From contig CAZHHN010000004.1 in the NCBI GenBank assembly GCA_964532415.1, positions 1-59,815 of the forward strand: a stretch of DNA of 59,815 nucleotides. Reading direction: 5' to 3'. The translations under genes were made by a program, and so were the position numbers. Positions 27,865-37,081 of the stretch are shown piece after piece. The notes under the pieces were generated by a model, which saw nothing but the letters and a program-made list of their open reading frames with translations, was not told where the DNA came from and searched no databases. This DNA comes from an uncultured Gammaproteobacteria bacterium (GTDB lineage Bacteria; Patescibacteriota; Patescibacteriia; SG8-24; DYFX01). Position 1 is the first letter of the stretch. Each line of letters starts with the position of its first letter.

Positions 27865-28470
27865 TCAGCCTTGCTGGGCCTTGACGTAGGCCGGACGGGC
27901 GGCACAGCGCGCCATCCAAGCCGTGACGGCCGGATACGGTGCGAGATCGACTTCGGCCATCTCGGCGTAATTGAAGCTGGAACGCGTCACGATATCCGTC
28001 ACGGTGAAGGCCTCTCCCAAGACATAGTCCTTGCCCGCGAGCTGGGCTTCAAAGACCGGGAGGTAGCGCTTCAGGGCCTCCTTGGCGGCCGTCTCGTTCT
28101 CCGCGGAGGCGGGATACCCCCACTTCTTCATGCAGAGCGTGGTGAAGTGCCTGTCGATGCTGAGCAGCACGAACAGCTGCCAGCGCAGCATGGTAGCGTG
28201 CGATTCGGGCGACTGCGGACCGAAAAACTTCGGATCGTACTTCTCGGCCAGGTAATGCACCATCGCGGCGGATTCGGTCAGGACAAAACCGTCGTGGACC
28301 ATGACGGGAACCTGGCCGGCGGGATTGATCGCCAGGAATTCCGGAGCGCGGTGAGCGCCGGCGGCCATATCGACCTCCTTGGTTTCATAGCTCAATCCGA
28401 GTTCGGCGAGCATCCAGTGCGGACGAAACGACGAGCCATGGCGGCCGCCGTACAGGGTAATGGAGGGCAT
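27865..28470 (-). CDS. Glutathione S-transferase family protein
   Basis: Start at MPSITLYGG. Thioredoxin-like N-domain (INPAGQVPVMVHDGFVLTESAAMVHYL) plus a helical C-domain. The stop lies 1 nt before the ABC ATPase start. Confidence 0.8.
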   Translation of the reverse strand: MPSITLYGGRHGSSFRPHWMLAELGLSYETKEVDMAAGAHRAPEFLAINPAGQVPVMVHDGFVLTESAAMVHYLAEKYDPKFFGPQSPESHATMLRWQLFVLLSIDRHFTTLCMKKWGYPASAENETAAKEALKRYLPVFEAQLAGKDYVLGEAFTVTDIVTRSSFNYAEMAEVDLAPYPAVTAWMARCAARPAYVKAQQG

Positions 28471-28669
28471 GATTTGAAGTTTAGGAATCAGCACCGGCCA
28501 TGGTATGCCGAATGCGCACGCGCGTCCAGGTTTTGCGCACGACTCTTGACAAACCGGCATTTTTAAGGTACACACGAGGAGCCACGCGGCATTCCGCCGC
28601 AGGGTAACTCCGGGGCCAATAGCGAGAGGCTAGCCCCAATTCTCCGCGAGAAGCGGAAGGAGAACGACG

Positions 28670-29272
28670 ATGAGCAGCAACCGGTTCCGTATTCAAACTT
28701 TCTTTCGGCAGTTCACGTTCCTGACCAAGGTTCGAACGGGCAAGGAGAGCGTCTTTTCCCATCAGAAGTGTGAGCATCCGGGCTGCGTAGAAGGCGCGAT
28801 GCACGATCATCCGACCTTCATCTCACCCTCCGCAACGGAAGAGGTGACGGTCATGCGCGTTTCCCCAGATTTGCTGGCACAACGCGCTTGGACGAAAAGC
28901 GCTTCTGGGTCACGGGTCGACATCTGTGACAGGACGCGGTTTTTTCTCCTCAATCAGCAAGGCGAGCTGCTGGCAGAGGTCCAGGACAGCCTGGATATTC
29001 TTCACCACGAAGCTCATACCGACAATGTGTACTGGGAAGCAGAGACGGTCGGTGAGGCTCTGCTCCGTCTCTCGAATCCTGACGAGGTGTATTACATCAT
29101 GTGCCTGCACACAGGATACAGGATCAAGAACCATGAGAGTGTCGGGGGATATGCCGTGACGCTCTACAAGCCACGGCAGGGATTCTCCCTCAACAATTGG
29201 GTCGCGAAGCAGATGGAGCTCGAACAGGCACGGCTGGCAGGCACCATCGCCGAGATCGACGCCGAAGCGTAG
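28670..29272 (+). CDS. Hypothetical protein (orphan, lower GC)
   Basis: The ATG is preceded by GGAAGGAGAACGACG, a strong SD at good spacing. No recognisable domain. Confidence 0.5.
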   Translation: MSSNRFRIQTFFRQFTFLTKVRTGKESVFSHQKCEHPGCVEGAMHDHPTFISPSATEEVTVMRVSPDLLAQRAWTKSASGSRVDICDRTRFFLLNQQGELLAEVQDSLDILHHEAHTDNVYWEAETVGEALLRLSNPDEVYYIMCLHTGYRIKNHESVGGYAVTLYKPRQGFSLNNWVAKQMELEQARLAGTIAEIDAEA

Positions 29273-29347
29273 GCCCCATCACTCTCCATCGGGTTCCGGC
29301 GATCTCATCGTCGGAACCCATTATTTTTTTTCACGATTTTTCCAGAC

Positions 29348-29373
29348 GAAAACTCCCCTTTCGGGGAGTCTTC
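29348..29373. terminator. Hairpin between convergent genes, related in sequence to 20636-20663
   Basis: GAAAACTCCCC-TTTC-GGGGAGTCTTC. On the minus strand it is followed by TTTTCGT. Confidence 0.5.
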
Positions 29374-29378
29374 CGTCC

Positions 29379-30104
29379 CTAGAACTTGTCCGGGAACTGC
29401 TTGATGATGCCGTCGGCCAGCATGCCGGACATCATGTAGATGTGATCCTTGACGGTATCGTAGTCCTGCGCGGACAAATCGTACTTGCCCGCCAGGTAAT
29501 CGCCGGCTTCGGCCAACGTCGTGTCGAGATGTTTTTTCATGCCGGCCTGCATCGCGGCAAGCGGCCAGTCGGCCGGATCGACGGCGCTGAGCAGCGCGGC
29601 GATGTCGTCACCGTTCTTCCGCCAGTCCGCGAGAGAACTGTTCAGTTTGGCCTGATCGCCGGATTTGGCCGCCGCCAGCACTCTGGTGGCGCCGTCGATA
29701 TGCACCTTGAGCAGGGCCGTGAGCTGCGTGCCGGTTCCCGAGCCGGCGTAGGCGCCGAAGGCGTTTCCGATAGCTTCTTGATTTTTCATCAGACGGGCGG
29801 CGACCGCGTCCGTATCCTTCAATCCGTTGGCCGCGCTGACGATATACAGACGCGTCCATGTGACGTGGTCTTCCCACAGGCGGTCCATCGCCTCGCGAAA
29901 GGCGAGCTGCTTGGCCCCCGAAACCGTCGTGCCGGCACCCATCTGTTCAGGAGGCGTCGGGGCGGCATATTCGCCGGCCGATCCCGGGGCGGAAGGGTTT
30001 TCCGTCATGCCGCCGTTCTGCGCGCAGCCCGCGCCCACGAGCAGAAGCAGCGCCAGTCCCGGTACGAGCCATCGAAGCGTTCGACCGTTTTTATGCGTCT
30101 CCAT
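29379..30104 (-). CDS. Hypothetical lipoprotein, helical
   Basis: Signal peptide with lipobox LLLLVGAGC. No recognised domain. Confidence 0.6.
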   Translation of the reverse strand: METHKNGRTLRWLVPGLALLLLVGAGCAQNGGMTENPSAPGSAGEYAAPTPPEQMGAGTTVSGAKQLAFREAMDRLWEDHVTWTRLYIVSAANGLKDTDAVAARLMKNQEAIGNAFGAYAGSGTGTQLTALLKVHIDGATRVLAAAKSGDQAKLNSSLADWRKNGDDIAALLSAVDPADWPLAAMQAGMKKHLDTTLAEAGDYLAGKYDLSAQDYDTVKDHIYMMSGMLADGIIKQFPDKF

Positions 30105-30297
30105 AGAAGCGTGATGAGAGGGATAAGACTATTCTCCGAACGACGCGCCGACCGGCATCTTCTTACCGGCTGCGCGTCCCGCCTTCATGCTGCCGATCAA
30201 CGCCGTAGAGCATCCCGAACGTTGTCATTCCGGGATTTTTCCTGCGTCATGCGGGAATGGTACCGCGCGACCCGCGCCGGCATCAAGCAGGTGAATC

Positions 30298-30322
30298 AAA
30301 AACCCCGCCGGATGGCGGGGTT
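30298..30322 (-). terminator. Intrinsic terminator after hup
   Basis: On the minus strand: AACCCCGCC-ATCC-GGCGGGGTT followed by a T tract. Confidence 0.6.
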
Positions 30323-30336
30323 CTCTGCCTCATGTC

Positions 30337-30618
30337 TCAGAGGACGGCGTCCTTCATCGCCTTGGCGAGGCGGAACTTCACGACCGTCTTCGCGGCGATC
30401 TTGACCGGCTGACCGGTGGCCGGATTACGGCCCATGCGCTCCTTGCGGTGCATCTTCACCAGCTTGCCGAAGCCCGGCAGGACGAACTCGCCGGCCTTCT
30501 TGACCTCGGTTTCGGCCAGCTTCGCCAGGTTCTCCAGGAACATGCCGGCATCCTTCTTGGACAGTCCGGACTTCTCGGCCATGGCGGCCACGACCTGGGA
30601 CTTGCTCATCTTCGCCAT
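30337..30618 (-). CDS. hup: HU family DNA-binding protein
   Basis: 93 aa; GFGKLVKMHRKERMGRNPATGQPVKIAAKTVVKFR is the HU beta-arm signature. Confidence 0.9.
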   Translation of the reverse strand: MAKMSKSQVVAAMAEKSGLSKKDAGMFLENLAKLAETEVKKAGEFVLPGFGKLVKMHRKERMGRNPATGQPVKIAAKTVVKFRLAKAMKDAVL

Positions 30619-30699
30619 ACGAACGCTATGTGGATAAGTCTTAGTACGCTAGGAAGTATAGCAACTTCCTTTTGAAGGGGCCAACGTTTACGGGGGTTT

Positions 30700-31170
30700 T
30701 CACATCAGCGGCTCGTCGTCGTTTCCCGGCTCGACATCGTCCTTGTCCTCGCCGTGCTCGCTCACGTCCTCGGCGATACCTTTTTCGAGTTCGGCGTCCT
30801 CCCGCAGATCGGCGATGTCCGGCTCGGCCGGCTTGCACCACTCATCGAAGCCGCCCAGAAGAAATTCGACGCGCGTATAGCCCTTGGCCTGCAGGTGTTC
30901 ATGTGTTTCCGGGGCCAGACCGCGCTCCTCGCCGATCACGATGACGTACTCGTCCTTGTCCGGCACCACGCCGTCGATGTTGGTTTCGAGTTCCCGGAGC
31001 GGAACGTGGATCGAGCCCTCGACATGGCCGGCTTCGTAGTCGGCCGCGTCGCGGACGTCGATCAGTACGTGCTTCTTTTCCTGGTCCTGGAGCCTGCGGA
31101 GGTCGCGGCAGCTGATGGCCGGCAATCCGTGTGTAGTCGTATCCATAGGATAAAGATGAATCTTGGCCAA
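30700..31170 (-). CDS. Rhodanese-homology domain protein with an acidic tail (no active-site Cys seen)
   Basis: LIDVRDAADYEAGHVEGSIHVP...YVIVIGEERG...GGFDEW. The catalytic-loop position has IGEERG rather than CxxxxR. Confidence 0.7.
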   Translation of the reverse strand: MAKIHLYPMDTTTHGLPAISCRDLRRLQDQEKKHVLIDVRDAADYEAGHVEGSIHVPLRELETNIDGVVPDKDEYVIVIGEERGLAPETHEHLQAKGYTRVEFLLGGFDEWCKPAEPDIADLREDAELEKGIAEDVSEHGEDKDDVEPGNDDEPLM

Positions 31171-31230
31171 AGGATAGCATACCCCGCAGAAAATACGGAA
31201 AGACCGCCCGATGGCGGTCTTGATCGTTCG

Positions 31231-31617
31231 TTACATCATGTCTTCCGACTCCTCCTCGTCCTCCAGCGCTTCTTCGACGCGCTTCCTGACCTTGGAGACT
31301 TTCTTCCTGATCTTCTCGGCGGCGACCTTCACCTTTTCAGCGGCTTTGCCTTTGCGCTTTTCCAGGTAGCTCCCGAGCATCCGGATGCCCGCGGCGGCCA
31401 CGCCGAACGAGCCGAAGGACGACTCGATTTTTTCCCTGGCCGCGTGCACGGCCCGGTCGATGGCCGAGATCTTCTCGTGGATCTCATGGATCACCCGTGA
31501 AGCGTCGCGCAGGATGCCGATGACGTACCACAGCAGCCAGCACACGAAAGCCGTGAACCACAGGGCGCAGAACGCCAGCACCAGATTCAAAATGTCTTTG
31601 GAGCTTTCGAGATACAC
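31231..31617 (-). CDS. Hypothetical membrane protein
   Basis: N-terminal TM (LVLAFCALWFTAFVCWLLWYVIGIL) followed by a charged helical tail. Confidence 0.5.
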   Translation of the reverse strand: MYLESSKDILNLVLAFCALWFTAFVCWLLWYVIGILRDASRVIHEIHEKISAIDRAVHAAREKIESSFGSFGVAAAGIRMLGSYLEKRKGKAAEKVKVAAEKIRKKVSKVRKRVEEALEDEEESEDMM

Positions 31618-31659
31618 ATTCCTCCTTTAATGCGTAATCCGTCTTCAGCGAAGAGTGTA

Positions 31660-31908
31660 TCACCTTTCAAGGCGGTCGGCCAGTGCCGTTTCCCGTTCGG
31701 CCAGATCCGAGAGCTGGTCGTCGTACTTGGCAAGATCCTCGTCATCGACCGCCAGCAGATTTTCCAGCGCCTCGAGCGCTTCCTCGGCGTCTTCCAGCAC
31801 GTCGCGCATCTCGTCGTCGGACGGCTCCTGTTTCAGGCGTTCCTCGGCGGAAGCGCGATGGGCCTGGAAGCGGTCGGAGAGTTCCTTGACTTCTTCGTGG
31901 GAGAGCAT
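31660..31908 (-). CDS. Hypothetical small acidic helical protein
   Basis: 82 aa, with its start 2 nt after the preceding gene's stop. No domain recognised. Confidence 0.4.
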   Translation of the reverse strand: MLSHEEVKELSDRFQAHRASAEERLKQEPSDDEMRDVLEDAEEALEALENLLAVDDEDLAKYDDQLSDLAERETALADRLER

Positions 31909-31910
31909 AC

Positions 31911-32195
31911 TCAGGCGAGCTGTTTCGCAAGCTCGATCTCCCTCTGCTGCCAGTCCTCGATCGTCTGGGCGTATTGGACGAGCTCCTCGGGATCGACGCC
32001 GGCGTTGTCGAAATCGGCCAGGACCGGTTCGAGCGCCGCCACGCCGGCGCGCGCCTCATCGAGCAGCGGCTGCCATTCCTCGGCCTCGCCGCCTTCCTGA
32101 AGCTTTTCCTCGAAACCCGGAACGTGCTGGCGGAGTTTTTCGAGCGTGTCGCGGACCTCGTCGTGCTGGCGCTGGACGAATTCGGATCGGTTCAT
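31911..32195 (-). CDS. Hypothetical small acidic helical protein
   Basis: 94 aa, starting 20 nt downstream of the pheT stop on the same strand. Confidence 0.4.
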   Translation of the reverse strand: MNRSEFVQRQHDEVRDTLEKLRQHVPGFEEKLQEGGEAEEWQPLLDEARAGVAALEPVLADFDNAGVDPEELVQYAQTIEDWQQREIELAKQLA

Positions 32196-32215
32196 AGAGG
32201 AGTGAGAAAAAAAAA

Positions 32216-34621
32216 TCAGGAACGAATTTCTGCCCCGAGGTCACGGGTGAGCAATAGGCGAATCGCCTCCATCACCCGATCGACCTCTTCGGCCTTGAGG
32301 GTGCGGTCATCGGCACCGAATTCGAGATGATAGGCCATGCTCTTTTTGCCTGCGCCGAGATTTCCGCCCTCGAAGACGTCGAACAGTTCGGCGCGCTCGA
32401 GCAGCGGATCGAAACCGGCGAGTTTTTGCGCGACGGCCGCGTGTTCGAGATGCCGCTCGACGACGAAAGCCACGTCGCGCTTGACGCGCGGAAACTCCGG
32501 GATCGGAACGTAGAATTTCGCCTGGCTGGCGAACGAGGCGAGCATCCGAAAATCCAGGCTGGCCACGGCCACGCGACGTTCAATGCCGAAGCGCTTGAGC
32601 AGCTCCGGATGGCATTCGCCGAAACCGCCGAGCATCTCTCCACCGAGCATGAGTGAAGCGCTGCGGCCGGGGTGCCAGAGCCCGTTGCCGCCGCCGCGTT
32701 CGATCCGCACGCCGCGGATGCCGAAGGCGTCGAAGAGCGCTTCAAACGCTCCTTTGAGCGCGGAGACGTCGCGGCCGTCGGCGTTCCGGCTCCAGGAAGC
32801 CGCGATTAGGCGCGGCAGCTCCTGCGGCAGATCGTTCTCGCGCGGCAGGTAGATGTTGGCCAGCTCGAAGGCGCGGCCTTCGACCGCTTCTTCCTGGTTT
32901 TTGGCGACGACGTTCAGGAGGCTCCCGATCAGGCGGTCGCGCAGATATTCGAATTCTTCCGAAAGCGGGTTGCTGACGCGTAGCATGTGTTGTGTCGGGC
33001 AGGCGCTCTTGTCGGCCAGTTCTTTGGAGATGAACGAGTAGGTCATCACTTCGGTGAAGCCCCAGTCCCTGAGCAATCGCTTGGCGCGGTCTTCCCAGGC
33101 GAAAATGGGATCGGGCGCGGCGAGCGGCAATGGCCCCGACGGGAGAACCGACGGCAGATTGCCGTAGCCGTGGACGCGCGCGACTTCTTCCACCAAGTCG
33201 CGCTCGCCTTCGATGTCGTGATCGCGCCAGAACGGGACGGTGACATTCCACTTCGCGCCGGAGCCCGTCACCTCGAAACCGAGCGCGACGAGAATGCGCC
33301 GCATTTCCCCGACCGGGATTTCGATGCCGACCAGTTCGGCGGCGCGTTCCGGCCGGAACGGGAACGCGAGCGGCCTGTAGGCGGCCGCGCGAACATCGAT
33401 GACCTTGGACGCGACCGTGGCGCCGGCGAGTTGGCCCGCCAGTTCGGCGGCGCGGTCGAGCGCCGGCGCGGTCGATTCGGTCGACAGGCCTTTTTCGTAG
33501 AGCTGCGAAGAATCGGAATGCAGGCCCAGCGCGCGGGCGGTACGGCGCACCGAAACCGCGTCGAATGTCGCCGATTCAAAGACGAACGTCTTGGTCGTTT
33601 CGGTCACGCCGGTCGTTTGCCCGCCCATGACGCCGGCGACCGCCACCGGGCGTTCGGCGTCGGCGATCACCAGCTGTCCCGCCTTCAGCTCGTAGGCGTT
33701 GCCGTCGAGCGCGTCCAGCTTCTCGCCCGCCTCGGCTTCACGCACGACGATTTTCTTCCCTTCGAGCTTCTCGTAATCGAAGACGTGCATCGGCTGGCCG
33801 AGCTCGAGCCGGACGTAGTTGGTGATATCGACCAGGTTGTTGATCGGACGGACACCGGACGAGAGCAGGCGCTCTTTCATCCAGGCCGGGCTCGGACCGA
33901 CCGCGGCGTTCGTCATGACGATCGCCTGGTAGCGCGGGCAGAGTTTTTTGGATTCAATCTTCACCTCGAGCGGGAGCGACTTGGCGCCCGCCTTCATCTT
34001 GGGCAGCTTGGCCGGTTTGGCGAGAAACGGCGCTTCTAAAATGGCGGAAGCTTCGCGCGCCATGCCAACGAGGCAGAAGGCGTCCGGACGGTTCGACGTC
34101 ACTTCGACATCGAACGTCACGTCATCCATTCCAAGCGCTTCGGCCAAGGGCGTACCCGGTTTCAGTTTCAGCGCCGTCAGATTGACGACTTCGCGTTCCC
34201 CCTGTTTCGGAAAGCGGTCGATCAGGCCGATCTCGTCGGCGCCGCAGATCATTCCGTAGGACGTCACGCCGCGCAGCGCCGCTTCCCTGATTTCGACCGG
34301 CTCGCCTTCCCCGTGCCACTTCACCCAGGAACCGGGCAGCGCCACGGCCACGAGCTGGCCTTCGGCGAGATTCGATCCGCCGCAGACGATCTCTCTCGTC
34401 ATGGTGCCGAGATCGGTCTCGACGACGCGCAGCTTGTCGGCGTTCGGATGCGGCCTGACTTTCAAAATTTTTCCGACGATCACCTTCTCCAAAGCCGCGC
34501 CCTGCGGATGAATGCGCTCGACCGACGGTCCGGAAAGCGAAAGCCGCGCCGCGAAATCCCTGGGCGACGCTTTCAGCTTGATGTAGTCTTTCAGCCAGTT
34601 GTAGGAGACGAGGAGGTTCAT
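32216..34621 (-). CDS. pheT: Phenylalanine--tRNA ligase beta subunit
   Basis: 801 aa. MNLLVSYNWLKDYI start, tRNA-binding OB domain, and B3/4 and B5 domains recognisable. Confidence 0.95.
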   Translation of the reverse strand: MNLLVSYNWLKDYIKLKASPRDFAARLSLSGPSVERIHPQGAALEKVIVGKILKVRPHPNADKLRVVETDLGTMTREIVCGGSNLAEGQLVAVALPGSWVKWHGEGEPVEIREAALRGVTSYGMICGADEIGLIDRFPKQGEREVVNLTALKLKPGTPLAEALGMDDVTFDVEVTSNRPDAFCLVGMAREASAILEAPFLAKPAKLPKMKAGAKSLPLEVKIESKKLCPRYQAIVMTNAAVGPSPAWMKERLLSSGVRPINNLVDITNYVRLELGQPMHVFDYEKLEGKKIVVREAEAGEKLDALDGNAYELKAGQLVIADAERPVAVAGVMGGQTTGVTETTKTFVFESATFDAVSVRRTARALGLHSDSSQLYEKGLSTESTAPALDRAAELAGQLAGATVASKVIDVRAAAYRPLAFPFRPERAAELVGIEIPVGEMRRILVALGFEVTGSGAKWNVTVPFWRDHDIEGERDLVEEVARVHGYGNLPSVLPSGPLPLAAPDPIFAWEDRAKRLLRDWGFTEVMTYSFISKELADKSACPTQHMLRVSNPLSEEFEYLRDRLIGSLLNVVAKNQEEAVEGRAFELANIYLPRENDLPQELPRLIAASWSRNADGRDVSALKGAFEALFDAFGIRGVRIERGGGNGLWHPGRSASLMLGGEMLGGFGECHPELLKRFGIERRVAVASLDFRMLASFASQAKFYVPIPEFPRVKRDVAFVVERHLEHAAVAQKLAGFDPLLERAELFDVFEGGNLGAGKKSMAYHLEFGADDRTLKAEEVDRVMEAIRLLLTRDLGAEIRS

Positions 34622-34622
34622 A

Positions 34623-34964
34623 TCATTTCGAGCGGACCAGCACGATTGCCGCGATGGCGAAGGCGATGCCGAAGCAGTTCTTCAGGGAAAGCTTGTCATG
34701 GAAGACCAGCACCCCGGCCGCGGCGGCCAACACGACACCGAAGACGCCGAGCAGGATGATGGTCCGTGAGAGTTCCAGCTTCGACATGGCGAACATCTGG
34801 AAGACGAAGCCGGTGCCGGAGACGAGCAGTGTCGCCAGGAAACCGAAGCTGAGCAGCGTGCGGACCGAGAAGCCCGCGCCGCCCAGCACTTTCTTCTGAA
34901 GGACGTCGGCGACCGTGTAGAACGCCTGTGCAACCAGGATGGCGAGAATAGCGGGCATGTTCAT
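34623..34964 (-). CDS. Small 4-TM membrane protein (SMR/EamA-like)
   Basis: 113 aa with four hydrophobic spans. The stop lies 1 nt before the pheT start. Confidence 0.6.
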   Translation of the reverse strand: MNMPAILAILVAQAFYTVADVLQKKVLGGAGFSVRTLLSFGFLATLLVSGTGFVFQMFAMSKLELSRTIILLGVFGVVLAAAAGVLVFHDKLSLKNCFGIAFAIAAIVLVRSK

Positions 34965-34967
34965 TCC

Positions 34968-35900
34968 TCAAGATTGCGGCGTTCGCGCTCCAGCAAGCCG
35001 CGGATGCGCATCAACTCCCCCGTCGTCGCGATACGGAATGCCGTCTTCGGCCCGTCGCCCCGCTTCACGTTCCAGAAACGAAGCCCGGTCGGCATGGCCA
35101 CCGATGACTCGATCCTGCTCCAATCCGCCGATCCGTTCGCGAAGCATCGAGAGGACGACGATATCGGTGAAAAGAGTGGGGTCCGCCTGGAACGCGAGCC
35201 TGAGGCAGGCCAGGGTATCGTCGGGAAACATATTTCGACCCGCCGTTTCGGCGGCGTAGATGACCGCCACTTCCTGTCGACTTTCAAGTGACCCCGAGCG
35301 GCCAACGACCGGGTCGGTAATGGGCATCGCCGCCATCAGGTAATCCTCCACGTCCCGCTTGAATGCCTCGTTCGGCTGGCCCGCCGTGGGCCAGGCTTCC
35401 CGCGCCATGGTTCGCAGCAAGCGCGTCCGCAGCAGGAGCTTGACCAGCGCCGCATAGTGCGCGTCGTCGAATGACGGCACGCCCTGAAGCGCATCCAATG
35501 TGACGCTTCGCTGAAGGAACTTCCGGCTTCCGAGCGACGTATCCTCATAACGCTCCCCAGCCGGGGCCACGAGCACCCCGACGGGCGCCTGCTCGTAAAA
35601 CTTCGCCTGCGCTTCCGGCGGAAGATCGCGAACGACGGCTTCCATGCCCTCCAGCACCGATTCGCCGATATAATGCGCGCGCGTCCATTCGATCAACTTC
35701 TCTTGCTCGCTCCAAAGCTCCTGCCGCCCCTTGTCCTGGTCCGCGAGCCGGCGCGCGCGTTCGACCGCTTCGGCATGGGTATCCGCTCCGCCTTCCATTT
35801 TTTTCAGCAGGTCCGCCTGCGCCAATTCCACGGCGCGTTCACGCTCCTGTTCCGAAGAACCCGTGTCCCGCATTGAAGCCTCAAAGAAACTCTTATTCAT
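34968..35900 (-). CDS. Hypothetical protein inserted between pheS and pheT
   Basis: 310 aa with no recognisable domain. There is a 7-nt gap after pheS and a 3-nt gap before the next gene. Confidence 0.5.
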   Translation of the reverse strand: MNKSFFEASMRDTGSSEQERERAVELAQADLLKKMEGGADTHAEAVERARRLADQDKGRQELWSEQEKLIEWTRAHYIGESVLEGMEAVVRDLPPEAQAKFYEQAPVGVLVAPAGERYEDTSLGSRKFLQRSVTLDALQGVPSFDDAHYAALVKLLLRTRLLRTMAREAWPTAGQPNEAFKRDVEDYLMAAMPITDPVVGRSGSLESRQEVAVIYAAETAGRNMFPDDTLACLRLAFQADPTLFTDIVVLSMLRERIGGLEQDRVIGGHADRASFLEREAGRRAEDGIPYRDDGGVDAHPRLAGARTPQS

Positions 35901-35907
35901 AAGAAGA

Positions 35908-36966
35908 TTAAAACTGCCTCAGGAACCGGAAATCGTTTTTATACAGGTGCCGGATATCGTCGAGCTTCAGACCGTCGCGCATCATCATGGTGCGCTCGAC
36001 GCCCCAGCCGAAAGCGAAGGCCGTCCATTCTTCCGGATCGATGCCGGTGGCCTCGAGGACGTTCGGATGCAGCATGCCGGCGCCGCCGAGCTCGACCCAG
36101 CCCTCTTTGCACACGCGGCATTTGGCGCTGCCGGCCATCCCGCTGCCGCCGCAGACTTCACAGCTGATATCGACTTCGAAGGATGGCTCGGTGAAGCGGA
36201 AGTGGAACGGGCGCAGCCGCGTCTTGCGGCCCGGGCCGAAGAATTCGCGGGCGAAGAAATCCAGCACGCCTTTCAGGTGCGTGATGGAGAGCCCGCGATC
36301 GACCATCAGGCCGTCGAATTGGTGAAACATCGGCACATGCGTGACGTCGCTCTGGCGGCGGTAGGTCTTGGAGATGTTGATGGCGCGCAGCGGCAGCTTT
36401 CCTTTCTGCAGTTCGCGCACGCTCCCCGACGTGGCATGCGGCGTCAGCACCATCTTGCCGAGCGCGGGATGTTCCGGCGCGTCGACGAAGAAAGTTTCCC
36501 ACTCGTCGCGGGCGGGATGGTCTTTCGGCATGTTGAGCGCCTCGAAGGCGTACCAGTCCCATTCGACTTCGGGGTGGCGCGCGCGCGTGAAGCCGATGCG
36601 CGAAAAAATTTCGCTGATGGAGGCGACGGCGTCGGTCACGAGATGCAGATGGCCTTCGGGCGGACGGGTGCCGGGCGCAGTCAGATCGATCCATTCGGAC
36701 GTCGCGATGGCGCCGAGCTTCTCCGCCTCCAATTCCCGGCGGCGTTCGGAGAGCGCCCGTTCGACGGCGATTTTCAGCTCGTTGGCCAGCTGGCCCATGA
36801 CCGGGCGTTCGTGCGGCGGCAAACCGGCCACGCCCTGCATGAGCGCGGCCACCTCGCCTTTACGGCCGAGATACCTGATTTCGATCGCCACCAACTCTGC
36901 CGCGTCCTTGGCGGCGGCAAAGGCGGCGGTCGCCTCGGTTTTGAGACGCTCCAAACGGTCTTTCAT
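35908..36966 (-). CDS. pheS: Phenylalanine--tRNA ligase alpha subunit
   Basis: 352 aa. HPARDEWETFF and FRFTEPSFEVDI class II motifs. Confidence 0.95.
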   Translation of the reverse strand: MKDRLERLKTEATAAFAAAKDAAELVAIEIRYLGRKGEVAALMQGVAGLPPHERPVMGQLANELKIAVERALSERRRELEAEKLGAIATSEWIDLTAPGTRPPEGHLHLVTDAVASISEIFSRIGFTRARHPEVEWDWYAFEALNMPKDHPARDEWETFFVDAPEHPALGKMVLTPHATSGSVRELQKGKLPLRAINISKTYRRQSDVTHVPMFHQFDGLMVDRGLSITHLKGVLDFFAREFFGPGRKTRLRPFHFRFTEPSFEVDISCEVCGGSGMAGSAKCRVCKEGWVELGGAGMLHPNVLEATGIDPEEWTAFAFGWGVERTMMMRDGLKLDDIRHLYKNDFRFLRQF

Positions 36967-37081
36967 GCGATTACTTTAAGGGAAACGCCCGATTTTGTCA
37001 CTTCTTCGTCAGGAATCAAAAAAGACTGCCGCAAAGCGGTCAGTCGTCGGAGGCCGTCGGATTTTGCCACCGCAGCGGCCA

